Shown here piece by piece: positions 56,190-64,000 of a stretch of 64,000 nt of DNA; position 1 is the first letter of the stretch, and each line of letters begins with the position of its first letter. The DNA lies in the NCBI GenBank assembly GCA_965248355.1, contig OZ252098.1:3008001-3072000 (forward strand), in the 5' to 3' direction. A model generated the notes under the pieces. The model had not been told where the DNA came from. It did no database searches and saw only the letters and a program-made list of their open reading frames with translations. Source of the stretch: Candidatus Latescibacterota bacterium (GTDB lineage Bacteria; Latescibacterota; UBA2968; UBA8231). Position numbers and translations under genes: made by a program.

Positions 56190-58259
56190 ATGACAAGCAC
56201 GCGTGCGTATCGGATCGCAGCCGCTTTCCTGGCGTGGCTGATGCTCCAGGGACAGGTTCCGGGCTTCGCCGAGACCAGGGAGGACAGGATCTACTTGGCG
56301 GACATGGACGGGATCTACTGGTCCAACCTGAAGGAAGGCACCACGCAACGCATCATCACTGCTGATAAGAGGCGGCCCGGCAAGATCGCCGTCGACGCTG
56401 CCGGAGGGAAGATCTACTGGGTCGACAGGAGGGGCGGGACGATCTGGCGGTCTGATTTTGATGGCTCGAACAGCGAGCAACTCCCTGGGGACTGGGGTGG
56501 ATCAGAGGCGATGGACATCGCCTTGGATCTGAGAGCGAGTAAGATCTACTGTGCTGGGTTATACTACGATGGAGGATACTACGGGGAGGTCTATCGAGCC
56601 AATCTGGACGGCTCCGAATTTGAACGCTTGTTGGACAGGAGCGACGCCAAGCTCCTGGCGTTGGACACGCTAAGGAAACACATGTACTTGGGAGATCTGG
56701 GGAGCATCTATCGCGTTGATCTAAGCGGTTCCGGCCGCGAGGAGGTTCTCGAGGTTCTCTCGGAAGAATACTCTCCCATCGATATTGCACTGGACATGGT
56801 CGAGAACAAGCTCTATTGGACGAGGTCAGATCGTTCCATTTGGAGATCGAACCCGGACGGCTCGGATGTTGAAGACATCCTGAGGCTGGGCGATTATCCT
56901 GTGGACATCGCTCTTGACCCTGATGAAGGCAAGATGTACTGGAGCTTTGATGGCCCATACTTCGGAGGCCTCATGCGGGCCAACCTTGACGGTTCAGATG
57001 TGGAGGATCTTGTAGTACGGGAACGGGTGGAGGTGGTTGGGCTCGCCCTCGACTTGGAGGGGCGCAAGGTCTATTGGTCCGAAGCCCGAGGCACCATTCA
57101 TCGAGCCGATATGGACGGCACCGATGTCGAGGATTTCTTCGCCCCCATTGTGAGAGACCCCTACTCCGTGGCGATGGACCCGGGGGACGGGAGGATCTAC
57201 TGGAGTGACCTGCTGACGGGGTCCATCCAGAGAGCTGGCCCGGATGGCTCCGGCCTTGAGATCGTGATCGGGGGCTTGAAGAGCCCCAGGGGCGTCCTGT
57301 TGCGTGGAAACAGACTCTACTGGGCGGATCCGGGATGGGAGAATCGCAGAGCAGGCATGATCCAATCTGCCAAACAGGACGGCTCCGATAGGGAAACCAT
57401 AGTCAGAGGGAACCTGAACCCTGACCAGTTGGCCCTGGATCTGACTCATCGCAAGATCTACTGGACAGAGTCGGGAAGATCCCTGATCCGTCGAGCCGAT
57501 CTGGATGGAACCGATATCGAGGATTTTCCAGTCGGGGCTATTCCTAGGGGCATCGCCCTCGACGTTGTCAGGGAGAAGATGTATTGGACATGGCAGTCAG
57601 GCCCCCTTGGGGGGGCAACGGGAATCAGCCGCTCCAGCCTGGACGGTACGGACATCGAGGTCGTTTCCATCGACGATGCGCTCTTCTCCGATGATGACTG
57701 GCACCGCCAGTTCTGGCACTTCAGGGCTGTGGCCCTGGACCCGGCGGGCGGCAAGATCTACTGGAACTCCCTGCACTGTCCACCACCCGGTCCTGACGAA
57801 CTACCCAGTTGCAGCCTGAGGGCCTATCGAGCCGACCTTGACGGGTCAACCGCGGAGGAAGTGGCGTGGCTGACCGGCTACATGGGGTATGAACAACCAG
57901 GGCTCAGGGTTTGGCCTCCTTATTTCGTGGGAAACGCCCTTGCCCTGGACCTGTCCCACCGGACCGCGGTATCAACCCGGAACAGCGTTCCCATCTCCAC
58001 CACGCTCCGCCGCAACCACCCGAATCCCTTCAACGGCTCCACCCTGATATCCTACACCCTCGCGGCCCCCGGACCTGTCTCCCTCATCGTCTACAACACT
58101 CTGGGCCAGCCCGTCCGGACCCTCGTCGACCAGGTCCAGGCTCCCGGCCTCTACAGCGTACCCTGGCAGCCCGCCGAGGCCCTGGCCAGCGGCGTCTACC
58201 TCTACCGTCTGACCACCCCCGCTGCCGTCCTGACCCGCAGGCTCGCCCTCCTCCGTTGA
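56190..58259 (+). CDS. Secreted YWTD/LDL-receptor class B beta-propeller protein with an FlgD-Ig/T9SS-like C-terminal domain
   Basis: Many ALD...KIYW...RAxLDG repeats. Tail NHPNPFNGST...YNTLGQPVRTLV...ASGVYLYRL. Confidence 0.85.
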   Translation: MTSTRAYRIAAAFLAWLMLQGQVPGFAETREDRIYLADMDGIYWSNLKEGTTQRIITADKRRPGKIAVDAAGGKIYWVDRRGGTIWRSDFDGSNSEQLPGDWGGSEAMDIALDLRASKIYCAGLYYDGGYYGEVYRANLDGSEFERLLDRSDAKLLALDTLRKHMYLGDLGSIYRVDLSGSGREEVLEVLSEEYSPIDIALDMVENKLYWTRSDRSIWRSNPDGSDVEDILRLGDYPVDIALDPDEGKMYWSFDGPYFGGLMRANLDGSDVEDLVVRERVEVVGLALDLEGRKVYWSEARGTIHRADMDGTDVEDFFAPIVRDPYSVAMDPGDGRIYWSDLLTGSIQRAGPDGSGLEIVIGGLKSPRGVLLRGNRLYWADPGWENRRAGMIQSAKQDGSDRETIVRGNLNPDQLALDLTHRKIYWTESGRSLIRRADLDGTDIEDFPVGAIPRGIALDVVREKMYWTWQSGPLGGATGISRSSLDGTDIEVVSIDDALFSDDDWHRQFWHFRAVALDPAGGKIYWNSLHCPPPGPDELPSCSLRAYRADLDGSTAEEVAWLTGYMGYEQPGLRVWPPYFVGNALALDLSHRTAVSTRNSVPISTTLRRNHPNPFNGSTLISYTLAAPGPVSLIVYNTLGQPVRTLVDQVQAPGLYSVPWQPAEALASGVYLYRLTTPAAVLTRRLALLR

Positions 58260-58311
58260 GTATCCCGCTGCCATCGGACCGCCGCAGGGTCGAGCCGTCG
58301 AGACGGCCCGC

Positions 58312-58738
58312 GTGAGCCGCCGCCGGGACTACCCCTTCGAGATCGAGCTCGAGGTGCGGGACTACGAGTGCGACCTGCAGGGCGTCGTCAACAACGCCGT
58401 GTACCTCAACTACCTGGAGCACGCCCGGCACCGGTATCTGCTGCACGCGGGGCTGGACTTCGCCCGCCTCCACGAGCAGGGTTGCGACCTGGTGCTCATG
58501 CGGTCGGAGGTCGACTACTTGGCCCCGCTCAGGTCGGGGGACCGCTTCGCCGTGGCCTCGCGCCTGGGGCGCGGCGGGCGGGTCCGCTGGATCTGCGACC
58601 AGGAGATCTTCCGGCTGCCCGGGGGGCGAGGCGGTGGTGCGGGCGCGCATGGAGGGGACGGGCGTCATCAACGGACGGCCGCGGCTGACGCCGGAGGTGC
58701 AGGCCCTGCTGGAAAAGGCCGAAGAGGCCCGCCCGTGA
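58312..58738 (+). pseudogene. Acyl-CoA thioesterase (4HBT/YbgC family) with an extra G in the G6 run at 58621-58626
   Basis: VRDYECDLQGVVNNAVYLNYLEHAR. Removing one G gives ...EAVVRARMEGTGVINGRPR ending at TGA 58738. May be a sequencing error. Confidence 0.75.
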
Positions 58739-58755
58739 GCGCGTGGCCGACGGCC

Positions 58756-59517
58756 TCAGATGCACCCGGGGATCGAGCGTCCCCGGGCGAGGATGGCGTC
58801 GCTGCGGCCCTCGCCGGTGAAGCGGCAGCGGGCGCTGACGTAGTGGGTGGCGTAGCCCCAGCGCCGCAGGCCGGTGGCGTTCGGCCGGCTGCTGTGGAGG
58901 ATGTGGCCGTGGTGGAAGCTGCAGTCGCCGGGGGCCAGCTCCACGGGGCGCTCCTCGGGAAGCTCGCCGGCCAGGGAGCGGCGCTCGAATTCGCGCCAGC
59001 GGTCCTGCTCGATCCAGCCGTGGCGGTGGGTGCCGGGCAGCATCCACATGCAGCCGTTGGCGATAGTGGCCTCGTCCAGCGCCGCCCAGCAGGTGACCAT
59101 GCGGTCGGGCGGGTCCACATGGAACCCGAGGGGCTGGTCCTGGTGGTAGGCCTGGCGCGAGCCGATGCGGGGCGGCTTCATGAAGAGCTGGTCCTGGTAG
59201 AGCTTGATGTCGGGGCCGAGAAGGGCCTCCACGCAGTCGAGGATGCGGGGGTTCAGGGCGTGGGCCCGGAAGACGTCGTCCGCGAAGGCGACGTGGCTCA
59301 TCTTTCTCAGAGAGTCGGCCCGGTCGTCGGCCTCGGCCTCGCCGCCGGCCGCGGCGGGCTCGAGCTGGAGCCAGGCGGGGTCGACGTGGGCCGCCTCTCC
59401 GCGCGAGATCAGCTCCGCGCGGGTCTTCATGACTTCCACCTCCGCCGGCCCGAGGAGATCGCGGACGATGAGGACACCGTCCTCCCGGAACTGCTCTGTC
59501 TGTCCCTCTGTCAGCAT
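58756..59517 (-). CDS. Phytanoyl-CoA dioxygenase (PhyH) family protein
   Basis: YHQD, WAALDEATIANGCM, ILHSS. Confidence 0.9.
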   Translation of the reverse strand: MLTEGQTEQFREDGVLIVRDLLGPAEVEVMKTRAELISRGEAAHVDPAWLQLEPAAAGGEAEADDRADSLRKMSHVAFADDVFRAHALNPRILDCVEALLGPDIKLYQDQLFMKPPRIGSRQAYHQDQPLGFHVDPPDRMVTCWAALDEATIANGCMWMLPGTHRHGWIEQDRWREFERRSLAGELPEERPVELAPGDCSFHHGHILHSSRPNATGLRRWGYATHYVSARCRFTGEGRSDAILARGRSIPGCI

Positions 59518-59573
59518 GACTCTCTCCCCAAAGTGGCGGGGAAGATAGACCCCACCCGCCGCAGGTCCATCCC

Positions 59574-60725
59574 ATGACCGTTCCCGACTTCGAGCGCGTG
59601 CGCGGCGACTTCCCCCGGGCGCGCACCGCCGCCTACTTCGACAACGCCTCCTCCCACCCCATCAGCGTGCACTCGGCCGCCGCCCTGCACCGCTACGTGG
59701 ACTGGGTCACCCACGAGGTGGGCGATCCCTGGTGGCCGGACTGGGCCCCGCCCCGCGAGGAGGCCCGCCGGCTCTTCGCGCAGCTGATCCACGCCGACCC
59801 GGGCGAGATCGCCTTCGCCCGCAGCACCGTGGAGGCCGAGAGCAACGTGCTCAACGGGATGGCCGATCACCTGGCCGGCGGCAACGTGATCACCAACGAC
59901 CTGGCCTTCTCCGCCGTCCTCTGCAACTACAAGGTGCGGGAGGCCGCCGGCCTGCAGGTGCGCATCGTGCGCAACCGGGACTGGCGTATCGACGTGGACG
60001 CCATGGCCGCGGCCATCGACGCCGACACGCGCCTGGTCTCGGTGGCCCTGGTCTCCAACGTCAACGGCTTGCTCGCCGACGTGGCCGCCCTGGGCGAGCT
60101 GGCCCACGCCCGCGGCGCCTACCTCTACGCCGACATCATGCAGGCCGCCGGCGCCGTGCCCATCGACGTGGGCGCCATGGGCATCGACCTGGCCGCGTGC
60201 TCGACCTTCAAATGGCTCATGGGGGTGAAGGGCTTCGGTTTCCTCTACGTGCGCCGGGACCTGCAGAACACGGTGGTCAAGGCGTCGCAGCCCTCGGGCT
60301 CGGTCCGCCTCAACTACCCGCCCTGGACGGATGCGGATGACGGGCGGCCCGAAATCAGCGTCATGACCCGGGAAGATGCCACGGCCTGGGAGGTGAGCTA
60401 TGCCTCCTACGAGGGGCTGATCGCCGCCCAGCAGAGCCTGCGCTACATCCTCGACTTGGGGGTGGACAACATCCGCGGCCACGTGCGCGGTCTCACCGAC
60501 CGCCTGCAGGAAGAGCTGCCCGCCAAGGGCTACCGGCCGATCACGCCGCGCGGCAACGAGAGCCCCATCCTCGCCTTCGTCGCCCCCGACCCGGCCGCGG
60601 CCGTGCGGCGCACCCGCGAGGCCGGCGTGCACGTGGCCATGCGCTTCGGGGACAAGCTGCGGCTGTCGCCCTCGGTCTACAACAACCAGGAAGACGTGAG
60701 CCGCCTCATCGAGGCGTTGCCCTGA
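59574..60725 (+). CDS. Class V PLP-dependent aminotransferase
   Basis: YFDNAS, DIMQAAG, STFKWLMG, RLSPSVYN. Confidence 0.88.
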   Translation: MTVPDFERVRGDFPRARTAAYFDNASSHPISVHSAAALHRYVDWVTHEVGDPWWPDWAPPREEARRLFAQLIHADPGEIAFARSTVEAESNVLNGMADHLAGGNVITNDLAFSAVLCNYKVREAAGLQVRIVRNRDWRIDVDAMAAAIDADTRLVSVALVSNVNGLLADVAALGELAHARGAYLYADIMQAAGAVPIDVGAMGIDLAACSTFKWLMGVKGFGFLYVRRDLQNTVVKASQPSGSVRLNYPPWTDADDGRPEISVMTREDATAWEVSYASYEGLIAAQQSLRYILDLGVDNIRGHVRGLTDRLQEELPAKGYRPITPRGNESPILAFVAPDPAAAVRRTREAGVHVAMRFGDKLRLSPSVYNNQEDVSRLIEALP

Positions 60726-60816
60726 GCTGCCAGGGGAATCCGTTTTGGGGGTCGCAGGATCGATCGAGCGCCCCCGGGCGGGCGCTCTGTCGGCAGAAGC
60801 GTCTCCCCCGGCGGGC

Positions 60817-62094
60817 TCAGTTACCGCCCGGATCCTCCCGCCTCCACACCGGTCCGGACTCCGCCCGCCCCCACAGGTCCTCGAAGGCGGCGGGGTCGTC
60901 CCGTCCCTCCCAGAAGTCGGTGACCACGTCGTTGACGTACGACGGCGGCGGGCCCGGCGTCTCGAAGCGGTGCAGGCGCTGCAGGAAGCGCATGTCGTCA
61001 TGGTGCCCCTCCCGCTCCGGGTCGTGGCGCAGGTAGATGGTCAACCCGTCGCCGTAGCGGATGCGCACGAGGCTGGGCGGCGGGGCCGGCGGCTCGCCCT
61101 TGCAACGCTCCAGTTGGTCCCGGTCGAGATCGACGCCCAGGCCGGGCGCCTCGGGCACCTGCACGCTGCCGCTGAGCACGGGCATGGTCCGCGCCGTCAC
61201 GTCTTCCTTCCACAGGTGGCAGCAGTTGACGTGGTCGATGGTGGCCGTGGGCACCACGGCGACCTCGTGGGCCAGGAAGGCCTGGTTGATGGTGCCGCCG
61301 CACTGCTGGTACATGATCGGCGTGTCCGTCATCCCCGCCACGGCGCCCACCTTGAGGGCCGGGCCGATGGGCGCGTGGCCGGCCATGTACCCGTCGGCCA
61401 GGCCCTTGATCATGAACTCCGCCGGTCCGTGGTGGACGATGACGGGAAGCCGGCACTGTTCCCGCAGCATGCGCCAGCCGTCCTCGTCGGTGGCGCGCAC
61501 CACGTCCTCGAAGCGGCCCGACACGGGCAGGCGCTCCAGCTCGGCGAGGATGGGGCGCATCGTGTAGTAGTCGGAGTTGGCGTTGAAGTCGTAGTGGACG
61601 CGGAACCAGGGGGGCGCCGCCTCCTGCATGGCCTCGGCCTGGCGGATCACGTTCTGCACCTCGTCCACGTGATACTTCATCCAGCGGTAGCCCCGGGCCG
61701 CCGCCTGGCGCACCTCCTCGGCCATCGCCTCCGGCGCCTGGGAGACGGTCCAGGCGGCCACCGGGATCCACGAGCGCAGCTTCGGCCCCATGAGCTTCCA
61801 GGCCGGCGCGCCGAGGTGCTGCCCCATCAGGTCGTAGAGGGCCATGTTCACGCACAGGTCCGACTCGGCGTTGATCCAGTCGAAAGGGTCGGTGCCGGCG
61901 TATTTCGCGCGCACCGTATCCTCGTCGGGACCGCCGCCCCAGCTCTCGCCGATTCCCTGCAGGCCGGTGTCGGTGTGCAGGACGTAGATGGTGCGGCCCT
62001 GCACCTGCGGTCCGTGGTAGCGCCGCAGGACATGGGCGTTGAAGTCCTGGTAGGGCGGGCGGATTGGATGGACCTCGACGTCGGTGATGCGCAT
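60817..62094 (-). CDS. Mandelate racemase/muconate lactonizing enzyme (enolase superfamily)
   Basis: MRITDVEV, TDTGLQGIGE, MALYDLMGQ, VPEAPGLGVDLD. Confidence 0.85.
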   Translation of the reverse strand: MRITDVEVHPIRPPYQDFNAHVLRRYHGPQVQGRTIYVLHTDTGLQGIGESWGGGPDEDTVRAKYAGTDPFDWINAESDLCVNMALYDLMGQHLGAPAWKLMGPKLRSWIPVAAWTVSQAPEAMAEEVRQAAARGYRWMKYHVDEVQNVIRQAEAMQEAAPPWFRVHYDFNANSDYYTMRPILAELERLPVSGRFEDVVRATDEDGWRMLREQCRLPVIVHHGPAEFMIKGLADGYMAGHAPIGPALKVGAVAGMTDTPIMYQQCGGTINQAFLAHEVAVVPTATIDHVNCCHLWKEDVTARTMPVLSGSVQVPEAPGLGVDLDRDQLERCKGEPPAPPPSLVRIRYGDGLTIYLRHDPEREGHHDDMRFLQRLHRFETPGPPPSYVNDVVTDFWEGRDDPAAFEDLWGRAESGPVWRREDPGGN

Positions 62095-62126
62095 GGCCGG
62101 GGGCCTTTCCTCCGCGGGTCGGCGCC

Positions 62127-62702
62127 TCAGGCGGGGCCGAGCCCGAGACGCTCCTCCTCCGGCCGCAGGGCCTGGAGGACGAACTCGATGTGCTCCTCCA
62201 GGGGAACGCCCAGCTCTTCGGCCCCCTGGCGGATCTCGCCGCGGTCCACGGCGCGGGCGAAGCCCCGGTCCTTGAGCTTCTTGCGCACGCTGCGCACGCC
62301 CAGGTCGGCGAGGCTCCTGGAGGGCCGCACGAGGGCGCAGGCCACGAGGAAGCCGCACAGCTCGTCCACGGCGAAGAGGGCCCGGGCCACCGGCGTGTCG
62401 CGCGGCACCCCCGTGTAGGTGGCGTGTCCGAGGATGGCGCGGGACAGGGGCTCGGGGTAGCCGCGCTCGCGCAGCAGGGCCACGCCGAAGGCCGGGTGTT
62501 CCTCGGTGGGGGAGCGCGCCTCGTTGGGGTGGCTCTCGTAGTCGAAGTCGTGGAGCAGGCCCACGGTGGCCCAGGCCTCCTCGTCCTCCCCCAGGCGGCG
62601 GGCGCAGGCGACCATGGCGGTCTCCACGGCGTACATGTGCCGGCGCAGGGCCTCCGACGCCGTGTGCTCGTGCATCAGCGCCAGGGCTTCCTCCCGGGTC
62701 AC
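62127..62702 (-). CDS. HD/HDIG domain metal-dependent phosphohydrolase
   Basis: [28 protein letters not shown] at 62702. Confidence 0.88.
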   Translation of the reverse strand: MTREEALALMHEHTASEALRRHMYAVETAMVACARRLGEDEEAWATVGLLHDFDYESHPNEARSPTEEHPAFGVALLRERGYPEPLSRAILGHATYTGVPRDTPVARALFAVDELCGFLVACALVRPSRSLADLGVRSVRKKLKDRGFARAVDRGEIRQGAEELGVPLEEHIEFVLQALRPEEERLGLGPA

Positions 62703-63751
62703 GGGCTCACCTTGGCCTGCGGCTCGAAGCGGTCCAGGTACTCCCCGAAGCCGGCCGCCTCCATCTCCTCCCTCGGCACGAAGCGCAGGGCCGCGGAGTT
62801 GATGCAGTAGCGCAGTCCCGTGGGCTCGGGCCCGTCGTCGAAGAGGTGGCCCAGGTGCGAGTCGCCGTGGCGGCTGCGAACCTCGGTGCGCGGGTAGAAC
62901 AGCTTGAAGTCCCGCTCCTCGACGACGTTCTCCTTCACCAGGGGGCGGGTGAAGCTCGGCCACCCGGTGCCCGAGACGTACTTGTCGGCCGAGATGAACA
63001 AGGGCTCGCCGGAGACGATGTCCACGTAGATCCCCTCCTTCTTGTTGTCCCAGTACTTGTTGCGGAAGGGCGGCTCGGTGCCCTCCTCCTGGGTGACCTC
63101 GTACTGGAGGCGGGTCAGGCGGCGCTTCAGCTCCTCTTCCGGCGGCTTGCGGTAGCGCAAAGCCTCGGTGGCCTCCTCGCTCCAGTGGGCGCCGATGAAC
63201 TGGTCGCGCCCGGAGCCGGAGCGGTAGCGCTTGTAGTGGCCCGGGCTTTTTCGGTAGTAGTCCTGGTGGTACTCCTCTGCCGGGTAGAACACGCCGGCGT
63301 CGCGCACCGGCGTGACGATGGGATCCTCGAAGCGGCCCGAGGCGGCCAGGTCCGTCCTGGAGGCCTCGGCCAGCCGCCGCTGCTCCTCGTCGTGGACGAA
63401 GATGGCCGAGGTGTACTGGTGGCCGCGGTCGACGAAGGAGCCGCCGGCGTCGGTGGGGTCGAACTGCATCCAGTAGACATCGAGGAGCCGCTGGTAGCCG
63501 ATCGTCTCCGCGTCGAAGGTGACCTGCACCGCCTCGAGGTGGCCGGTCTGGCCCGAGGCCACCTGGCGGTAGGTCGGATTCAGCTCCGGGCCGCCGATGT
63601 ACCCGGAGACGACGGAGCTCACCCCCGCCAGCTTCTCGAAGGGCGGCTCCAGGCACCAGAAACAGCCTCCGGCGAAGGTGGCCTTGGCCGGTTCCCCGGC
63701 GCCGGCGGCGGCCGGCAGGACCGCCAGCAGAACCGCGAAGATCCGTGTCAT
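62699..63751 (-). CDS. msrAB: Bifunctional peptide-methionine sulfoxide reductase MsrA/MsrB, with signal peptide
   Basis: [33 protein letters not shown]. Confidence 0.95.
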   Translation of the reverse strand: MTRIFAVLLAVLPAAAGAGEPAKATFAGGCFWCLEPPFEKLAGVSSVVSGYIGGPELNPTYRQVASGQTGHLEAVQVTFDAETIGYQRLLDVYWMQFDPTDAGGSFVDRGHQYTSAIFVHDEEQRRLAEASRTDLAASGRFEDPIVTPVRDAGVFYPAEEYHQDYYRKSPGHYKRYRSGSGRDQFIGAHWSEEATEALRYRKPPEEELKRRLTRLQYEVTQEEGTEPPFRNKYWDNKKEGIYVDIVSGEPLFISADKYVSGTGWPSFTRPLVKENVVEERDFKLFYPRTEVRSRHGDSHLGHLFDDGPEPTGLRYCINSAALRFVPREEMEAAGFGEYLDRFEPQAKVSP

Positions 63752-63821
63752 CGAATACCTCCTGTTGGTTGTGTCATCCTCCCGCCGACGCCTGCGCCGC
63801 GGCGGGCGTTCCGGGCCGGGC

Positions 63822-64000
63822 TCAGCCGCCGCCGCCCAGCCGCCAGTGGATGCCCATCAGGCAGGTCGGCTCTCCCGGCTTGTCGATGGCGTAGTAGATG
63901 GTCAGGATGGATCCATCGGCGAGCTGGGCCGAGGCCGGGTATCCCAGATCGGGGCTGGTATCGGTGCACAGGACGATCTCTTCGCTCCAGGATTCGCCTT
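63822..64000 (-). CDS. BNR/Asp-box sialidase-like protein, C-terminal end only
   Basis: Hand translation: [11 protein letters not shown]...[20 protein letters not shown]...HWRLGGGG*. Confidence 0.7.
   Translation of the reverse strand, partial: GESWSEEIVLCTDTSPDLGYPASAQLADGSILTIYYAIDKPGEPTCLMGIHWRLGGGG

Noticed and set aside
58312..59577. 421-aa thioesterase fusion ORF
   Set aside because: It is an artefact of one extra G at 58621-58626. The extension is antisense to the phyH gene.
1059..63656. Many long Arg/Pro/Gly-rich ORFs in the track (for example 1059-3884, 19141-21486, 46147-48702)
   Set aside because: They are shadow frames of real genes in very high-GC DNA and carry no motifs.

Overview
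High-GC bacterial chromosomal segment with about 55 CDSs and no rRNA, tRNA or CRISPR array that I can support. The backbone is catabolic and housekeeping: SDRs, five PhyH-type and two TauD-type 2OG/Fe(II) dioxygenases, a sulfatase, a GH2, two class V aminotransferases, Lhr, hemL and msrAB. It also carries eukaryote-like repeat proteins (ankyrin, TPR, YWTD/LDLR-B with an FlgD-Ig tail). This gene mix suggests a Latescibacterota/Gemmatimonadota-like, possibly sponge-associated organism (inference). At least six small cassettes of defence or toxin-antitoxin type, with no integrase, sit at gene ends: (1) FitAB, a coupled ATPase and ATPase-wHTH-TPR pair with a palindromic repeat array over its promoter, and a PD-(D/E)XK nuclease; (2) an AbiEii-like TA pair; (3) DUF2188 plus a TIR/NDT-like gene; (4) an REase-NACHT gene split by a complete IS630; (5) an AAA_21 ATPase plus a TOPRIM-like gene; (6) an AAA_14/DUF4143 pseudogene bounded by a 29-bp duplication of the larA-like gene's 3' end. 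Host DNA beside these cassettes is G-rich on the left and C-rich on the right. Other notable items are a truncated-globin/ankyrin fusion and an ECF sigma factor fused to a DUF1080-like domain. All family calls are from motif recognition by eye, not database searches.
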